Below, one piece after another: positions 1 through 12,722 of a stretch of 59,710 bases of DNA; the stretch's first letter is position 1, and every line of letters starts with the position of its first letter. The stretch comes from Octopus bimaculoides. Its lineage: Eukaryota. The stretch lies in assembly GCF_001194135.2 (NCBI RefSeq), contig NC_068984.1, positions 123,038,102-123,097,811 on the forward strand. Direction: 5' to 3'. The notes beneath the pieces are model-generated. The model did no database searches and was not told the origin of the DNA. It saw only the letters and a list, made by a program, of their open reading frames with translations. Both the position numbers and the translations under genes were made by a program.

Positions 1-1
1 T

Positions 2-2870
2 GGTCAAGGTCACCAGCTACCTGTAGAGCCACTCACTCGTAAAGATATTCATGTTGTTGAGTCATCTATTGATCACGTTGATCAACAAGTCCCACTTCCT
101 ACTGCTCAAAATGTCAGACGATCTGTAGGTGGCGGTGTTTATCATGTTGACCAGCCTGTTGCTCTGGAAACTTTGCACCGTGTTGAGAAACCTTCTTTTC
201 AAAATGGAGAGTATCCTGTCAATCAATCAGTTGACAGCATTGAACCAGTTGATGCCAACATTTCTTATAGTCAACAAATTCCGTCTGATCAAGATTATAA
301 CATTGGAAATCTATCTACTCCAGATATTCAACATGTAGAAATGTCAAAAGGTGAAGATACTTTTGAATATCGTGATCTACCACAAACTGGTGAAGAGCTG
401 CCGGTTACTAAAGTTACCAAACCGACTGGTCCATTTGGTGTCTACCATGTTGATCTTCCTGTAGATCTAGAACAATTACGTCGTGTTGACCCACCTTCTC
501 GTCCAGTCAGCTCTCAAGATATTGACAAATCACTTACTCAAGCTGACATCCCATCAACTGAAGGCTTCTCGGAAGGTATTGAACACACTATTGGAGAATA
601 TCAAACCACACCTGTTGATGTTGTTCCAGGTCAAGGTCACCAGCTACCTGTAGAGCCACTCACTCGTAAAGATATTCATGTTGTTGAGTCATCTATTGAT
701 CACGTTGNNNNNNNNNNNNNNNNNNNNNNNNNNNNNNNNNNNNNNNNNNNNNNNNNNNNNNNNNNNNNNNNNNNNNNNNNNNNNNNNNNNNNNNNNNNNN
801 NNNNNNNNNNNNNNNNNNNNNNNNNNNNNNNNNNNNNNNNNNNNNNNNNNNNNNNNNNNNNNNNNNNNNNNNNNNNNNNNNNNNNNNNNNNNNNNNNNNN
901 NNNNNNNNNNNNNNNNNNNNNNNNNNNNNNNNNNNNNNNNNNNNNNNNNNNNNNNNNNNNNNNNNNNNNNNNNNNNNNNNNNNNNNNNNNNNNNNNNNNN
1001 NNNNNNNNNNNNNNNNCAACAAGTCCCTCTTCCTCATGCTCAAAATGTCAGACGATCTGTAGGTGGAGGTGTTTATCATGTTGACCAGCCTGTTGCTCTG
1101 GAAACTTTGCACCGTGTTGAGAAACCTTCCTTTCAAAATGGAGAGTATCCTGTCAATCAATCAGTTGATAGCATTGAACCAGTTGATGCCAACATTTCTT
1201 ATAGTCAACAAATTCCGTCTGATCAAGATTATAACATTGGAAATCTATCTGCTCCAGATATTCCACATGTAGAAATGACGAAAACTGGAGATGATGATGA
1301 ATATTATGATGTACCAACTGGTGAACAGCTGCCAGATACTAAAGTTACTAAACGTACTGGTCCATTTGGTGTCTACCATGTTGATCGTCCTGTTGATCTA
1401 GAACAATTACATCGTGTTGACCCACCTTCTCGTCCAGTCAGCTCTCAAGTTACTGACAGATCACTTACTCAAGCTGATATCCCAACTCCTCAAGATGTAC
1501 CAGAAGTTATTAAACACACTATTGGAGAATATCACACAACACCCTCTGGTCTCTCTGCTGGCCAAGACCATTTGCAAGATGATCATAAAATTAAACTGCC
1601 CATTGCTCATGATGTGCACAATGCTAAAATAGCCACTGATGATTCTGATGCTGTTCATATTCCTACTGACCAATATGGCCAGCATATTGCTCTGTCCACT
1701 GCTCAAGTTAATAAGGGTAATAGACTGTCCTTTGGTGCAGGTGTTTACCATGTGGATGTCCCAGTTGATCTTGAACGTCTGCACAGAGTTGACATGTCGG
1801 ATGGAAAGAGATGTCTGAGCTCAACTGATGAACCATCTACTCAGAATGTCCAAGAATCTAATAAAGATATCCAAAAAAGTATTGATCCATTTGGTCAAGT
1901 TTCATTCCCAGACGTTAATTTCGCTTTTGGTCAAGATCTCCAGCTGCCTGTGGAATCACTCACACGTAAAGATCTTCAAAGTGTTGAAATGTCAGTTGAC
2001 CAAGATCGCATTGATCCATCAAGGGATCGTAGTAATGTGCAAGCAGATCTACCCACTGGTCGAAATGTCAGACAATCTATTGATAGAGGTGTTTATCATG
2101 TTGACCAGCCTGTTATTCCAGGAACTTTGCGCTATGTTGACAGAGAGTATCCTGTTGGTCAGTCAGTTGATACTACTGGAACATATGATGTCAATCTTCC
2201 TCATGGTCAACAAATTCTACCTGATCAAGATTATAATATTGAAATACTCTCTCCTCAAGATATTCCACATATACAAATGTCCAAAACTAAAGATAATTTT
2301 CAGTATCATGATCTGCCAGCTAGTGAACAACTGCAAAGTATTGATGTTGCCAAACCTAGTGGTCCATTTGGTGTCTACCATGTTGATCTTCCTGTAGATC
2401 TAGAACAGCTACATCGTGCTGCCAAACCTTCTTCTCAAGGTGGCTCTCAGTCTGTTGATAAACCAGCAGGCAGTGCTGACATCACTACACGTCATGATAC
2501 CCCAGAAATTATTGGACAGTCTATTGGAGAATATCATACAACACCTGATCTTCCTGCTAGTCAAGGCCATTTGCCTTCTAAACAAGATTATCATATAATC
2601 AAACAGCCCATTGCTCAAGGTGTTCAATATACTAAAATATCCACTCAAGATACTGATGCCGTTCATATTCCTACTGACCAATATGGCCAGCATATTTCTC
2701 CATCTACTGCTCAAGATGATCAGGGTAATAGACTGTCCATTGGTGCAGGTGTTTATCATGTGGATGTTCCAGATAATCTTGAAAAGCTGCACAGAGTTGA
2801 CCAACATAGTCAGCAGAGACCTACAAGCGATACTGATCAACCTACTCATCAGGATGTACAAGGTAATATT
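2..2870 (+). repeat. Coding tandem repeat: 627-bp (209-aa) unit grading into a ~1-kb higher-order unit, with 8 GVYHVD motifs
   Basis: GGTCAAGGTCACCAGCTACCTGTAGAGCC recurs at 2 and 629 (627-bp period), and 1017-1560 matches 83-628. GVYHVD occurs near 131, 437, 1066, 1368, 1740, 2088, 2369 and 2748. Confidence 0.9.
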
Positions 2871-5800
2871 GGTTTACACACTGCTCAGGATGTTGAAAAC
2901 AATGTTGTAATACCTACTCCTGAAGGTGTTCATAGTGTGACTGCGGTTTCTACTCCAGGAATACAGCATATGTCATCTAAAATTGTAGATATGCAGTCTC
3001 CTGTCACATTCACTGACCTGAAATTTCCACTTGCTCAGGAACAGCATACTGGTGAAGGTATTCCAGTTCCCACAAGTCAAGATCAACTGCAAAAGACAGA
3101 TATTCACATTGGTGAAGGCCAAGAGCTGTCAACTATTGAGCAGCTCACAGATAAAAGTAGTTCCTGTGTTGATCCACATGGTTTTGGTTTACCATCCATT
3201 CAAGACAATACATACATTGGTGGGTTACCAGTTCATGCTGAGCTTCCTAGTAGCCAAAAGGATCATCGTGATGGTCTTTCAACTAATCAGCCTTCCTTCC
3301 ATAGTGACACCCCAACAGGTGGTTCACGTCTGCATCATGTTGACCTTTCCACAGGTCAAGATAGTTGCAAGCATACTGACTTATCTGTTGATCAAGATCC
3401 TTTAGTTGACAATTTTCCTGCCGATCAGTACTGCTTTTATGTTGACCCCCCTGTCTCTCAACAAATTCTCCTTGTACATCAAACTATTGGCCCAACCATG
3501 GACATACATGCACCTCTACACGGTTTTCATCTCCCCACTGGTCAAGATGTTCAACAACATATTCCTCTTCAGTCTCATCAAGTTGAATTACGTCATGATG
3601 ATTCTCGAACTGAAGATGGTAATCAAGATGCTAACAAAATTGTTGGAGTTCATTGTGATAAAGTATCTACTGGTGGTCAAATTCTAACCACAGTCCTGAC
3701 CTCTGACAGGGATGTTGGTCACCTTCGAGAGGAAGATCATCATGTTGATGGAAGTGTCAGTTCAGATGGGACTGTCCCAAGCATTCAGGCGCAAGTACAA
3801 AATCTTAACTTAACCTCATGCCAAGGACAGCTGAAAAAAGATGACCTATCCAGTGGGCAAGATCAGTTCAAGTCAGTTCAACATACTGGTCAACATAGAG
3901 ATGACCATGAACGTCAGTATGGCCTCAAACACAGTGACCAAGATGAAGACCATGAATGTCAGTATGGCCTCAAACATACTGACCAACATGGAGATGATCA
4001 TGAATGTCAGTATGGCCTCAAACATACTGACCAACATGGAGATGACCATGAATGTCGGTATGGCCTCAAACATACTGACCAACATGGAGATGACCATGAA
4101 TGTCAGTATGGCCTCAAACACAGTGACCAAGATGATGACCATGAATGTCAGTATGGCCTCAAACATACTGACCAACATGGAGATGACCATGAATGTCAGT
4201 ATGGCCTCAAACATACTGACCAACATGGAGATGACCATGAATGTCGGTATGGCCTCAAACATACTGACCAACATGGAGATGACCATGAATGTCGGTATGG
4301 TCTCAAACATACTGACCAACATGGAGATGACCATGAATGTCAGTATGGCCTCAAACATACTGANNNNNNNNNNNNNNNNNNNNNNNNNNNNNNNNNNNNN
4401 NNNNNNNNNNNNNNNNNNNNNNNNNNNNNNNNNNNNNNNNNNNATCAACATGGAGATGATCATGAATGTCGGTATGGCCTCAAACATACTGACCAACATG
4501 GAGATGACCATGAATGTCGGTATGGCCTCAAACATACTGACCAACATGAAGATGACCATGAATGTCGGTATGGTCTCAAACATACTGACCAACATGGAGA
4601 TGACCATGAATGTCAGTATGGCCTCAAACATACTGATCAACATGGAGATGATCATGAATGTCGGTATGGCCTCAAACATACTGATCAACATGGAGATGAT
4701 CATGAATGTCGGTATGGCCTCAAACATACTGACCAACATGGAGATGACCATGAATGTCGGTATGGCTTCAAACATACTGACCAACATGGAGATGACCATG
4801 AATGTCGGTATGGTTTCAAACATACTGACCAACATGGAGATGACCATGAATGTCAGTATGGCCTCAAACATACTGACCAAGATGATGACCATGAATGTCG
4901 GTATGGCCTCAAACATACTGACCAACATGGAGATGACAGTGAATGTCGGTACGGCCTCAAAGACAGTGAACAACGTCAAGATGACTTACAATGTCAATAT
5001 AGCATCAAATACATTGACCAACATGCAGATAACAAAGAATGCGAGTATAGCCCCAAACATACTGACCACGGTAATGTCTTTGAATGTCAGTATGCCCTCA
5101 AACATAGTGGTCAGTATAGGGATGATCAATACTGCTTTTATATTGACCCCCCTGTCTCTCAACAAATTCTCCGTGTACCTCAAACTATTGACCTAACCAT
5201 GGACATGCATGCACCTCTACACGGTTTTCATCTCCCCACTGGTCAAGACGTTCAACAACATATTCCTCTTCAGTCTCATCAAGTTGAATTACGTCATGCT
5301 GATTCTCGAACTGGTGAAAATGGTAATCAAGTTGGTGACAAAACTGTTGGGATTCATTGTGATAAAGTATCTACTGGTGGTCAGATTCTAACCACTGTTC
5401 TTACATCTGACAGTGATGTTGGTCACCTTCAAGAGGGAGATGGAATAGTCTCCGTCGTTCAGACACATGTACAAAAGAACCTCACCTCTGATGAAGCTCA
5501 ATTGCAAAAAGATGACCTTTCCACTGGACAAGGTCAGTTCAAGTTAGTTCAAGGTACTGAACAGCAAGGCACTGAATATAGCTTTGAACAAGGTCTTAAA
5601 CAGAGCAGCAGCACTGAATACAAGTACACTTTTGAACATACTGGCCAATCAGGTGAAAGTAGTAGCTATAATATTGAACAAATACACACCACAAAGGATT
5701 TTCCAAAATCTGATGAGCTCTCTGGTCATCAACAGAGTGATGTGTCCATTCTCCATCTTTCCACTCAACAACCTGATGCACTTTCTAGTAGTCACTCCCA

Positions 5801-6000
5801 AAGTAGCACTACTCAGCAAGGTGACATTTCATATTCAACTCACATATCATCTCAGTCAACTTCAGACCAAGATACTCTCCAATTCCAAGACTCTCGCACA
5901 CCAACCGTTCTATCTGACCCCACTAAAGAGGTCACAACAAAAAAGTCTTCACGGAAAAATCGTAAATCAAATCGTAAGAAGAAAAAATCATCTTCACAAG
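2..6000 (+). CDS. Giant exon A (5' end outside window): GVYHVD repeats, His/Asp/Cys 16-aa array, polybasic end
   Basis: Open frame from base 2 to the gap at 708-1016, continuing 1017-6000. The apparent frame change across the gap is a gap-size artefact, because the repeat unit shows the join. Donor is CAAG|GTAATT at 6000/6001, phase 1. Confidence 0.88.
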
Positions 6001-8258
6001 GTAATTTAGATGATCTCTGGTTTTTGCCTACCTCTCTCTTTCTCTCTCTCTTTTGCTCAGTCACTCTTTTTACATTCACTCACTTGTTCACATTCTTACA
6101 CTTTCGTCTCTTCTTAATATCTGCTGAAAGATATCTTCATCCTTGGCCTCAGCTTAATATAAAGGTTCTGGTATAAAAACAAAACAGATTTAAGCAAAAG
6201 CGCTCTAACTAACCATTTTCTTCAAAGTGTGTCTCAGAAATACAACTTCACTGTTGTGACTGAGGGAAAAAGAAAAAAACAGGCCTTTATCTTCACCAAA
6301 ACCAGGATTGTTGTTGTTGTTGGTCAACATTTGAGTGATGGCTTCTCTGATTGCACTTTGATGCCACTTCCTTGAGTTTTAACCATCATCCTCTAACTTC
6401 TGACAGGTTTCATTTCTGTGTAGAAACTGGTTTATTACATCTTATTTGGCTTGTTTTTATTACATATTTTTATTCATTTTTTCCCCTTTTTTGTTTTGTG
6501 CGAATTGGCACTCAAAGACAATTCAAAGATTTCATTTGCTTGACACTTTATCAGGTAAGCAATATTCATGACAACAACGATGATCCAGTAAAGTCTTTGA
6601 TTAACACATGCTTTAGAAATATTTCAACAAGTTCATCAATGCTGTATTGAGGCATCAACATTGGTTGACTTTACCATCTTTTCATGGCCATACAACTAAA
6701 TACTCATTGACCATGAAATCACCTTTTCAGTGACCATCTGTACATATGACTATAGTTTTGGTAGTCATATAACCATTTCTTTTCAGTGGCTATATAGCAG
6801 ATTGACAGTAGTTGTATAACCATCTATTCAGTGGTCACACATTTCATAGGTAACACTATAACCACCTCTGCAGTGGTCATGCTAATTATTTCTTTTGGCC
6901 ATGTAACCCTCTCATCAGAAGCCATCAAATCCTCCCTTCCATAGTCCTCTATCTGTCATCAATGACTATTATACAACTACTTCTTCGGTGGTTACATAGT
7001 TTCTCCTCTTGTGGTCATTTCTCCATCTTTTCATTGATCACACAGCTATCTATTTAGTGTCCACACAACTTCTATCTTTTGGTCATAAGCATTTTTTGTG
7101 ACATCCTTCATATTCCCTCTCAAGTACAGTGTGCATTAGAAGATATTTATAGCAACTTTGAAGATGTATTTGCCTCATTATGGTGCTGGTATTTATAAAA
7201 ATAACTGCTAAATACATCATTCATAACCTAATAATTTTTAGAGAAATGCATGCTTTCATAAAATTCTTAGATATACTTCCTTTTCTATATTTTGTACATA
7301 ATTTTTTTTTTTATGTTGCTATTATTTGTCATCATTATTATTTACTATTACTCTCAGCTTTTTTGTCTTTTATTTGCATTATTCAATTACTTTTAGCTTT
7401 CTTGACTAATACATTGATTGAAGTAAAATCTCTTCAAACTTTTGGTGGTGGTGTTTTTTGATTTGTTAAAAAAAAATGCCTTAGTGTTGTTATTCATTGT
7501 CCTTCGCATGCCATTTGTGTCTTCCTCATTACTATTATTATTTTCCGTAAGATCATTACCTCTTATGCTTCGTTATTTTCATTTGTAGCACACAAATACA
7601 TATAAAAACACTCACTTGCAAATGCATGCACACTCACTTTATATGCATACAACAACAAAATCTATAATCATTACCTGTAGATTTAATTTTTATTTATGTT
7701 TTGTTTGCTTTTTTAGTTTTGTTTTTTTAAACATTCCTACATTCGTTTTTATGTATGCAATTAAGGGTTGGACAGGTTAGTAAAGTAAAATTTTTCTATG
7801 GATTCTTGAATCAGATTCGAATGGACATACATTATGCGTGTATCTGTGTTTGTACTGCTATGTATATGTGTGCAAGTGTGAGCATCTGTGTGTATAGGAG
7901 TGTGTTTGATATATACATTAAAAATGGGGAAGGTTGGTTTATGGGATCACGTTAGGTTTCCCATCCATAAAGGGTTTAGCTTTATGGCATATCATCAGAT
8001 CCCGAAAACCTGTTGGCCCATGACCTCTTAAAAATAATTTTAAGAGGTCATGGGCCAACAGGTTTTTTGAGATTCTGATGATACACCTTAAAGCTAAACC
8101 CTTTATGGACAAGAAACCTAAGGTAATCCAATAAACCAGCCTTCCCCATTTTTAATATATACTGCTCTACATCTTAGTGAGCTTCTTCTTTTGGATTTAT
8201 GTTTTTTTTACAAACAACATATATATATATAATATTATATATATGATACCTACATATA

Positions 8259-8309
<51 letters not shown>

Positions 8310-10052
8310 AAAACAGGATATTTATAACATATGTANNNNNNNNNNGTATAAAACAGGATATTTATAACATATGTAATTACATATGTCAAGCATATATGAA
8401 CAACTTTACCGATCAATTTGTAATTACTCAAAATCCTCATCATCATCATTGTCATCACCATCATTATCATCTTCGACTTTGTGGCCAGCATGGCTAAATC
8501 AGTGGGACCAAATGTAATAAATGGACTACTTAATAGATATAGAATGAACGGTCGGCATTTGAAAAGTTGTATTTACATGGAGTACAGCAATAAATAGCTT
8601 ACCAATATAAACACTCATGCACATTCACTCTATTAACAAAACAAAGAACAAGAACCAGGGACTCTCAGTGATGCAGTTGTCTGAACCAAGGGTACTGTCA
8701 CAACACCCTAGTATCATAAGTAGCAACAAGTGGTCTCACATGATTTTCTTTTCCCATCAGTTTCATCAGTAGTTCATTATTGCATACGCACACACACATT
8801 GATTGGGTTTTATTCTACTAAAAACAAAAAAATATATATTTTAATTTACTTCATAATTTTGAAACATTAGCTTGACCAGTTTCTTGAGTTACTCAAGAGG
8901 ACACTCAAGTAAATACTCAACTATATATATAAAAGACTTTTGGGTATATTGAAATTAGATGTGAAACAATGGTTGGGAGGTAGGAGTGTATGATGATGAT
9001 GAAGAAAAGGTTAATAAGTACAGCCACAAATGTGTTGAATTATTGGCACGAGTGATTCCTCCAAAATAGAACTTTGGAAAGATCAATATGAGTCATATCA
9101 TCATCATTTCCATCATCATTTCCATCATCATTTTACATCTGCTTTCCATGCTGGTTTGGCTCAGATCATTCAACAGGATCTGATCGGTTGGAGGCCCACA
9201 TCTTGCTCCAGTGTCTTGCTTTGTCTTGAGCTCGATGGCTGGATGCCCTTCATGGATGGCTACACTTTAGAGAGTGTATCAGGAGCATATTTGTCGTGAC
9301 ACCAGCACAGTAGAGGTTCTCTTGCTCTCAGCAAGACTTGAGAGAATACTCTCAACTTTCACATATGTATTATAATTAATTCTTCATAAGGAGTAAACCA
9401 ATGAGATTGTTCAGTTTTTGAAAGAAAAGGTGTTAGAAAACCCACAGGTACAGATTAATTAATGATTTGTTATATGTGTAGCCATGCTTAAACAGAGAAG
9501 TCCATTAGCAAACTATGATGTACATAAATGTATGCATATTCTAATAACTGATATATACACACATATACAAAACAACTACTCAGAGAAATTGGCTATAATT
9601 TTCAGTCAAAAATTGTTTTCTTCTTTAATTCATTAACTTTTCAGCATGTTTTCATCTCAGCATCATGTTTCTGTTTCCATTACCTCCTATATTCATTTTG
9701 TTGCCATGGTTACCATCTCCCCCATCTCTGTTGTTTAACTTGATTTGATTTGCATGTTTATATAATTATTTTGATTGTTTTTGCCATTGTTGTTAATGTT
9801 GTTTAACCCCAGGTCAGATCTTATCCAGCAAACTTATAATCAAAGACATTACAGCCGTGACCATCACATCTTCTATTCAGGCATAGTGTATCAAGGAATA
9901 CATTATCCAATATGTCCTTCCATTTTTTTTAAGATGGTAGGATGTGATTTAAGGGAGATTTCGTTATTATATCTAATAGATGGAGTAACTACATATAGGG
10001 TTCTTCGTTGTTTCATAGTTCACCTTGTTGTCATAGTTGTTGATGTTGTTAT

Positions 10053-10083
<31 letters not shown>

Positions 10084-12644
10084 AATGTTATTTTTTTATG
10101 AATATTAATGGTTTTTTTGTGTGTTTTTTTTTTCTGAATTTGTTAAACTTGCTAATTACTACTGTTAGTGTAATCAGCTGCAAATTTGTCCTTATTTATG
10201 CTTTATTTATTGATCCTTTTGTTACTGTTGAAATACATTGCTTTTTTTTTTTATTAATTTCTAAAAGAATGCAAAAAATATTAAATTAACTTTGTTCTTA
10301 TTAACATGGTGTTTGAAGCATAACATGAAATTTTACTGGAAGATTTTCATTTAGATTACTTTAAAAAGGGAAATTTGTATGAGACAACCAGGGGTCATTT
10401 CAGGTGGGTTCTCATCAGAAGAGCTAATACCTAATTTTGATTTTCTCTCATACACATACACACACATGCATATGTATACAACCAGGCTTCCACACAGTTT
10501 CCATATACTAAAATCATTTCAAGGCATTGGTCAACCAGGATCTATTGTAGAACACACTTGCCCTTGGTGCCATACATTGGGACTGAATCTGAAACCATAC
10601 AGTTATGACCTGAAGGAAGAACAGAGAATGATAGGGAGATGGAAAGAATAGATAATAAAGTGTAACATGGCTGAAATAGATGGACGGACGGACGGATGGA
10701 TGGAGATAAATGTAGCTTTGTGTTATCAGATAGACACACACACAGAGATATATAGGTAGGCAGATTGAACTGTAAAGTTTAAATCTTGCTTCAAGAAGCA
10801 GCAAAAACAGACCCAGAGAAAGTTACTTGATCTGGAAGAAATAACTGCAAAATATCTCTGTAATTACATAGTGTGTGAAAACAACTGAGGTAAAGTACCT
10901 AATTAATAAAGAAATTATGAATGAAATGGGGGGAAAATTTTTATATTAAAAATATAGAGAAATTAGTAAATTGTAAACATGATGTGTTATAATAGTGTAG
11001 AGTGGGGTTTGTAATGACTGAAGCAAAGATATATATATATATATATATATAGATATGTGTGTATTTCTGGCATGCACAGATAGTAGATACAGACAGATAT
11101 ACAGAGACATATAGACAGATATACACAATCATACATTTGGAAAGTTAGATGCACAGATATATACAAAAATACATATAGATGGGTTAATTGAAAAGATTTT
11201 GTATTTGGAAGCTGTGAAAACAAAGTCAGAGTGAATGATCTGATCTGTTAAAAATAGCAGTAAAATATACCTTGAATTGAATATAACATAAAAAAGAAAG
11301 AGAGAAGTGTATCTGGTTGATTGGGAACATATTAATGAAATGGTATGAAATTTGGCAAAACTGATTATTTTTTTTTTTTAAATGATGAATAGTATGGTAA
11401 TAATACCCTAGATATGCTACCAATTTCCACATAAAGTGTAGGTGTGTAGTTTGACTGCTCATGTCTATGTCACCATTTTTTAAATAGTGGAATCGTTTGT
11501 CATGCCCACAAAATCCTTAACCTTGAATATTGAAAATATTTCTTTAATTTCTTCTTTTTATTTTTTCTTTGACATCTCTCACCTACCCTCTTCATAATCA
11601 CTCACCCTGTATCTATCTACCTAAGACTCTATTACAAAACCACAACTTTGTAATTTAGATTTAAATTTCTTATATTATATACAGGAGGTGTACATTATTT
11701 CATTCCTCCTATTTTATATTGCCAGATACTTTGAACTATATCTTTCCTAGCTTAATATTCTATATTTTACAAACCTGAAAAATTTTCACTTTATAATTTC
11801 ACCTTAATTACTTCATTTGACAGAATTTATCTCCCCTGTATAAGGGAAGCTATCACTAGAAATATTCCTGAATTTATCTCCCTTGTTAGCCTTTGCGTGC
11901 CTAGTAACATATGCAAATACATGTAGTTCAATGTACACTATTTCGAAAATACACACTGGTGAAACTGAACAGTAATGGATGAGTAACTAACCAACCATAC
12001 TGTTTAATTACATGCACAAATGTACTCTCCAACACTAAGGAATTTTCTGTGTATTATGCATATATACACACACACAACTGCATGTAACAAAAAATACAGG
12101 AAGAATATGTTTGAAAATAGATTAGTTAGATTAGGGTATGTGTGTGTGTGTGTATATATAAACAGTTGACAGCATGCTCTGAGTTTTTTCCTTTTTTCGT
12201 TCATGGTTGTACAGTAGAGTAAGGTGTTTGCCATGTTTATAAGATTCCTTAACAAATTTATCAATTAAACTCTCAATACATCCCAATACAGTCTTCAGAC
12301 AGTAGAAGTGTGTTTAACTACACACATGCTAACACTGAGTTTTTACATAGACCTTATAATTCATACTAGGATCCTTGTTGTCATTTAACACCCTGTCTAC
12401 CTTACGTTATAAGTATAGTAAATCCCTTTCTTTACTCATGAACAGCCAAGGTTGAAACTCTGAGTTAAACAAGAGCAGAATACATGGTAGGGCAAAGTAC
12501 TTAATACATAGCTGCAAATGGAATGTATTTATCTAATAAAATAACTCTTACAAAACTTGTCTTGTTTCTTTGCCTATGGAATATCTCAAAAAGTCTTGAG
12601 TCTAGTATCAAATGAAACAAGATTTATATATCACTGTGTCAAGT

Positions 12645-12722
<78 letters not shown>

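Noticed and set aside
678-1016. Apparent frameshift between ORF 173-1084 and ORF 678-6176
   Set aside because: Falls on a 309-N gap. The repeat unit shows only 'AT' plus whole 627-bp units are missing, which restores the frame.
3841-5196. 451-aa Met/Asn-rich alternative-frame ORF and 368-aa hydrophobic antisense ORF (3873-4979)
   Set aside because: By-products of a 48-bp repeat that lacks stops in those frames; both end where the array ends.
8306-8375. 30-bp direct repeat GTATAAAACAGGATATTTATAACATATGTA
   Set aside because: The copies sit on either side of a 10-N gap, which indicates unmerged contig overlap.
9790-9890. Exon-like segment after TTTAACCCCAG
   Set aside because: The phase-1 frame hits TAG with no good donor, and the sequence recurs at about 36855 and (reverse) 39410-39590, so it is a dispersed repeat.
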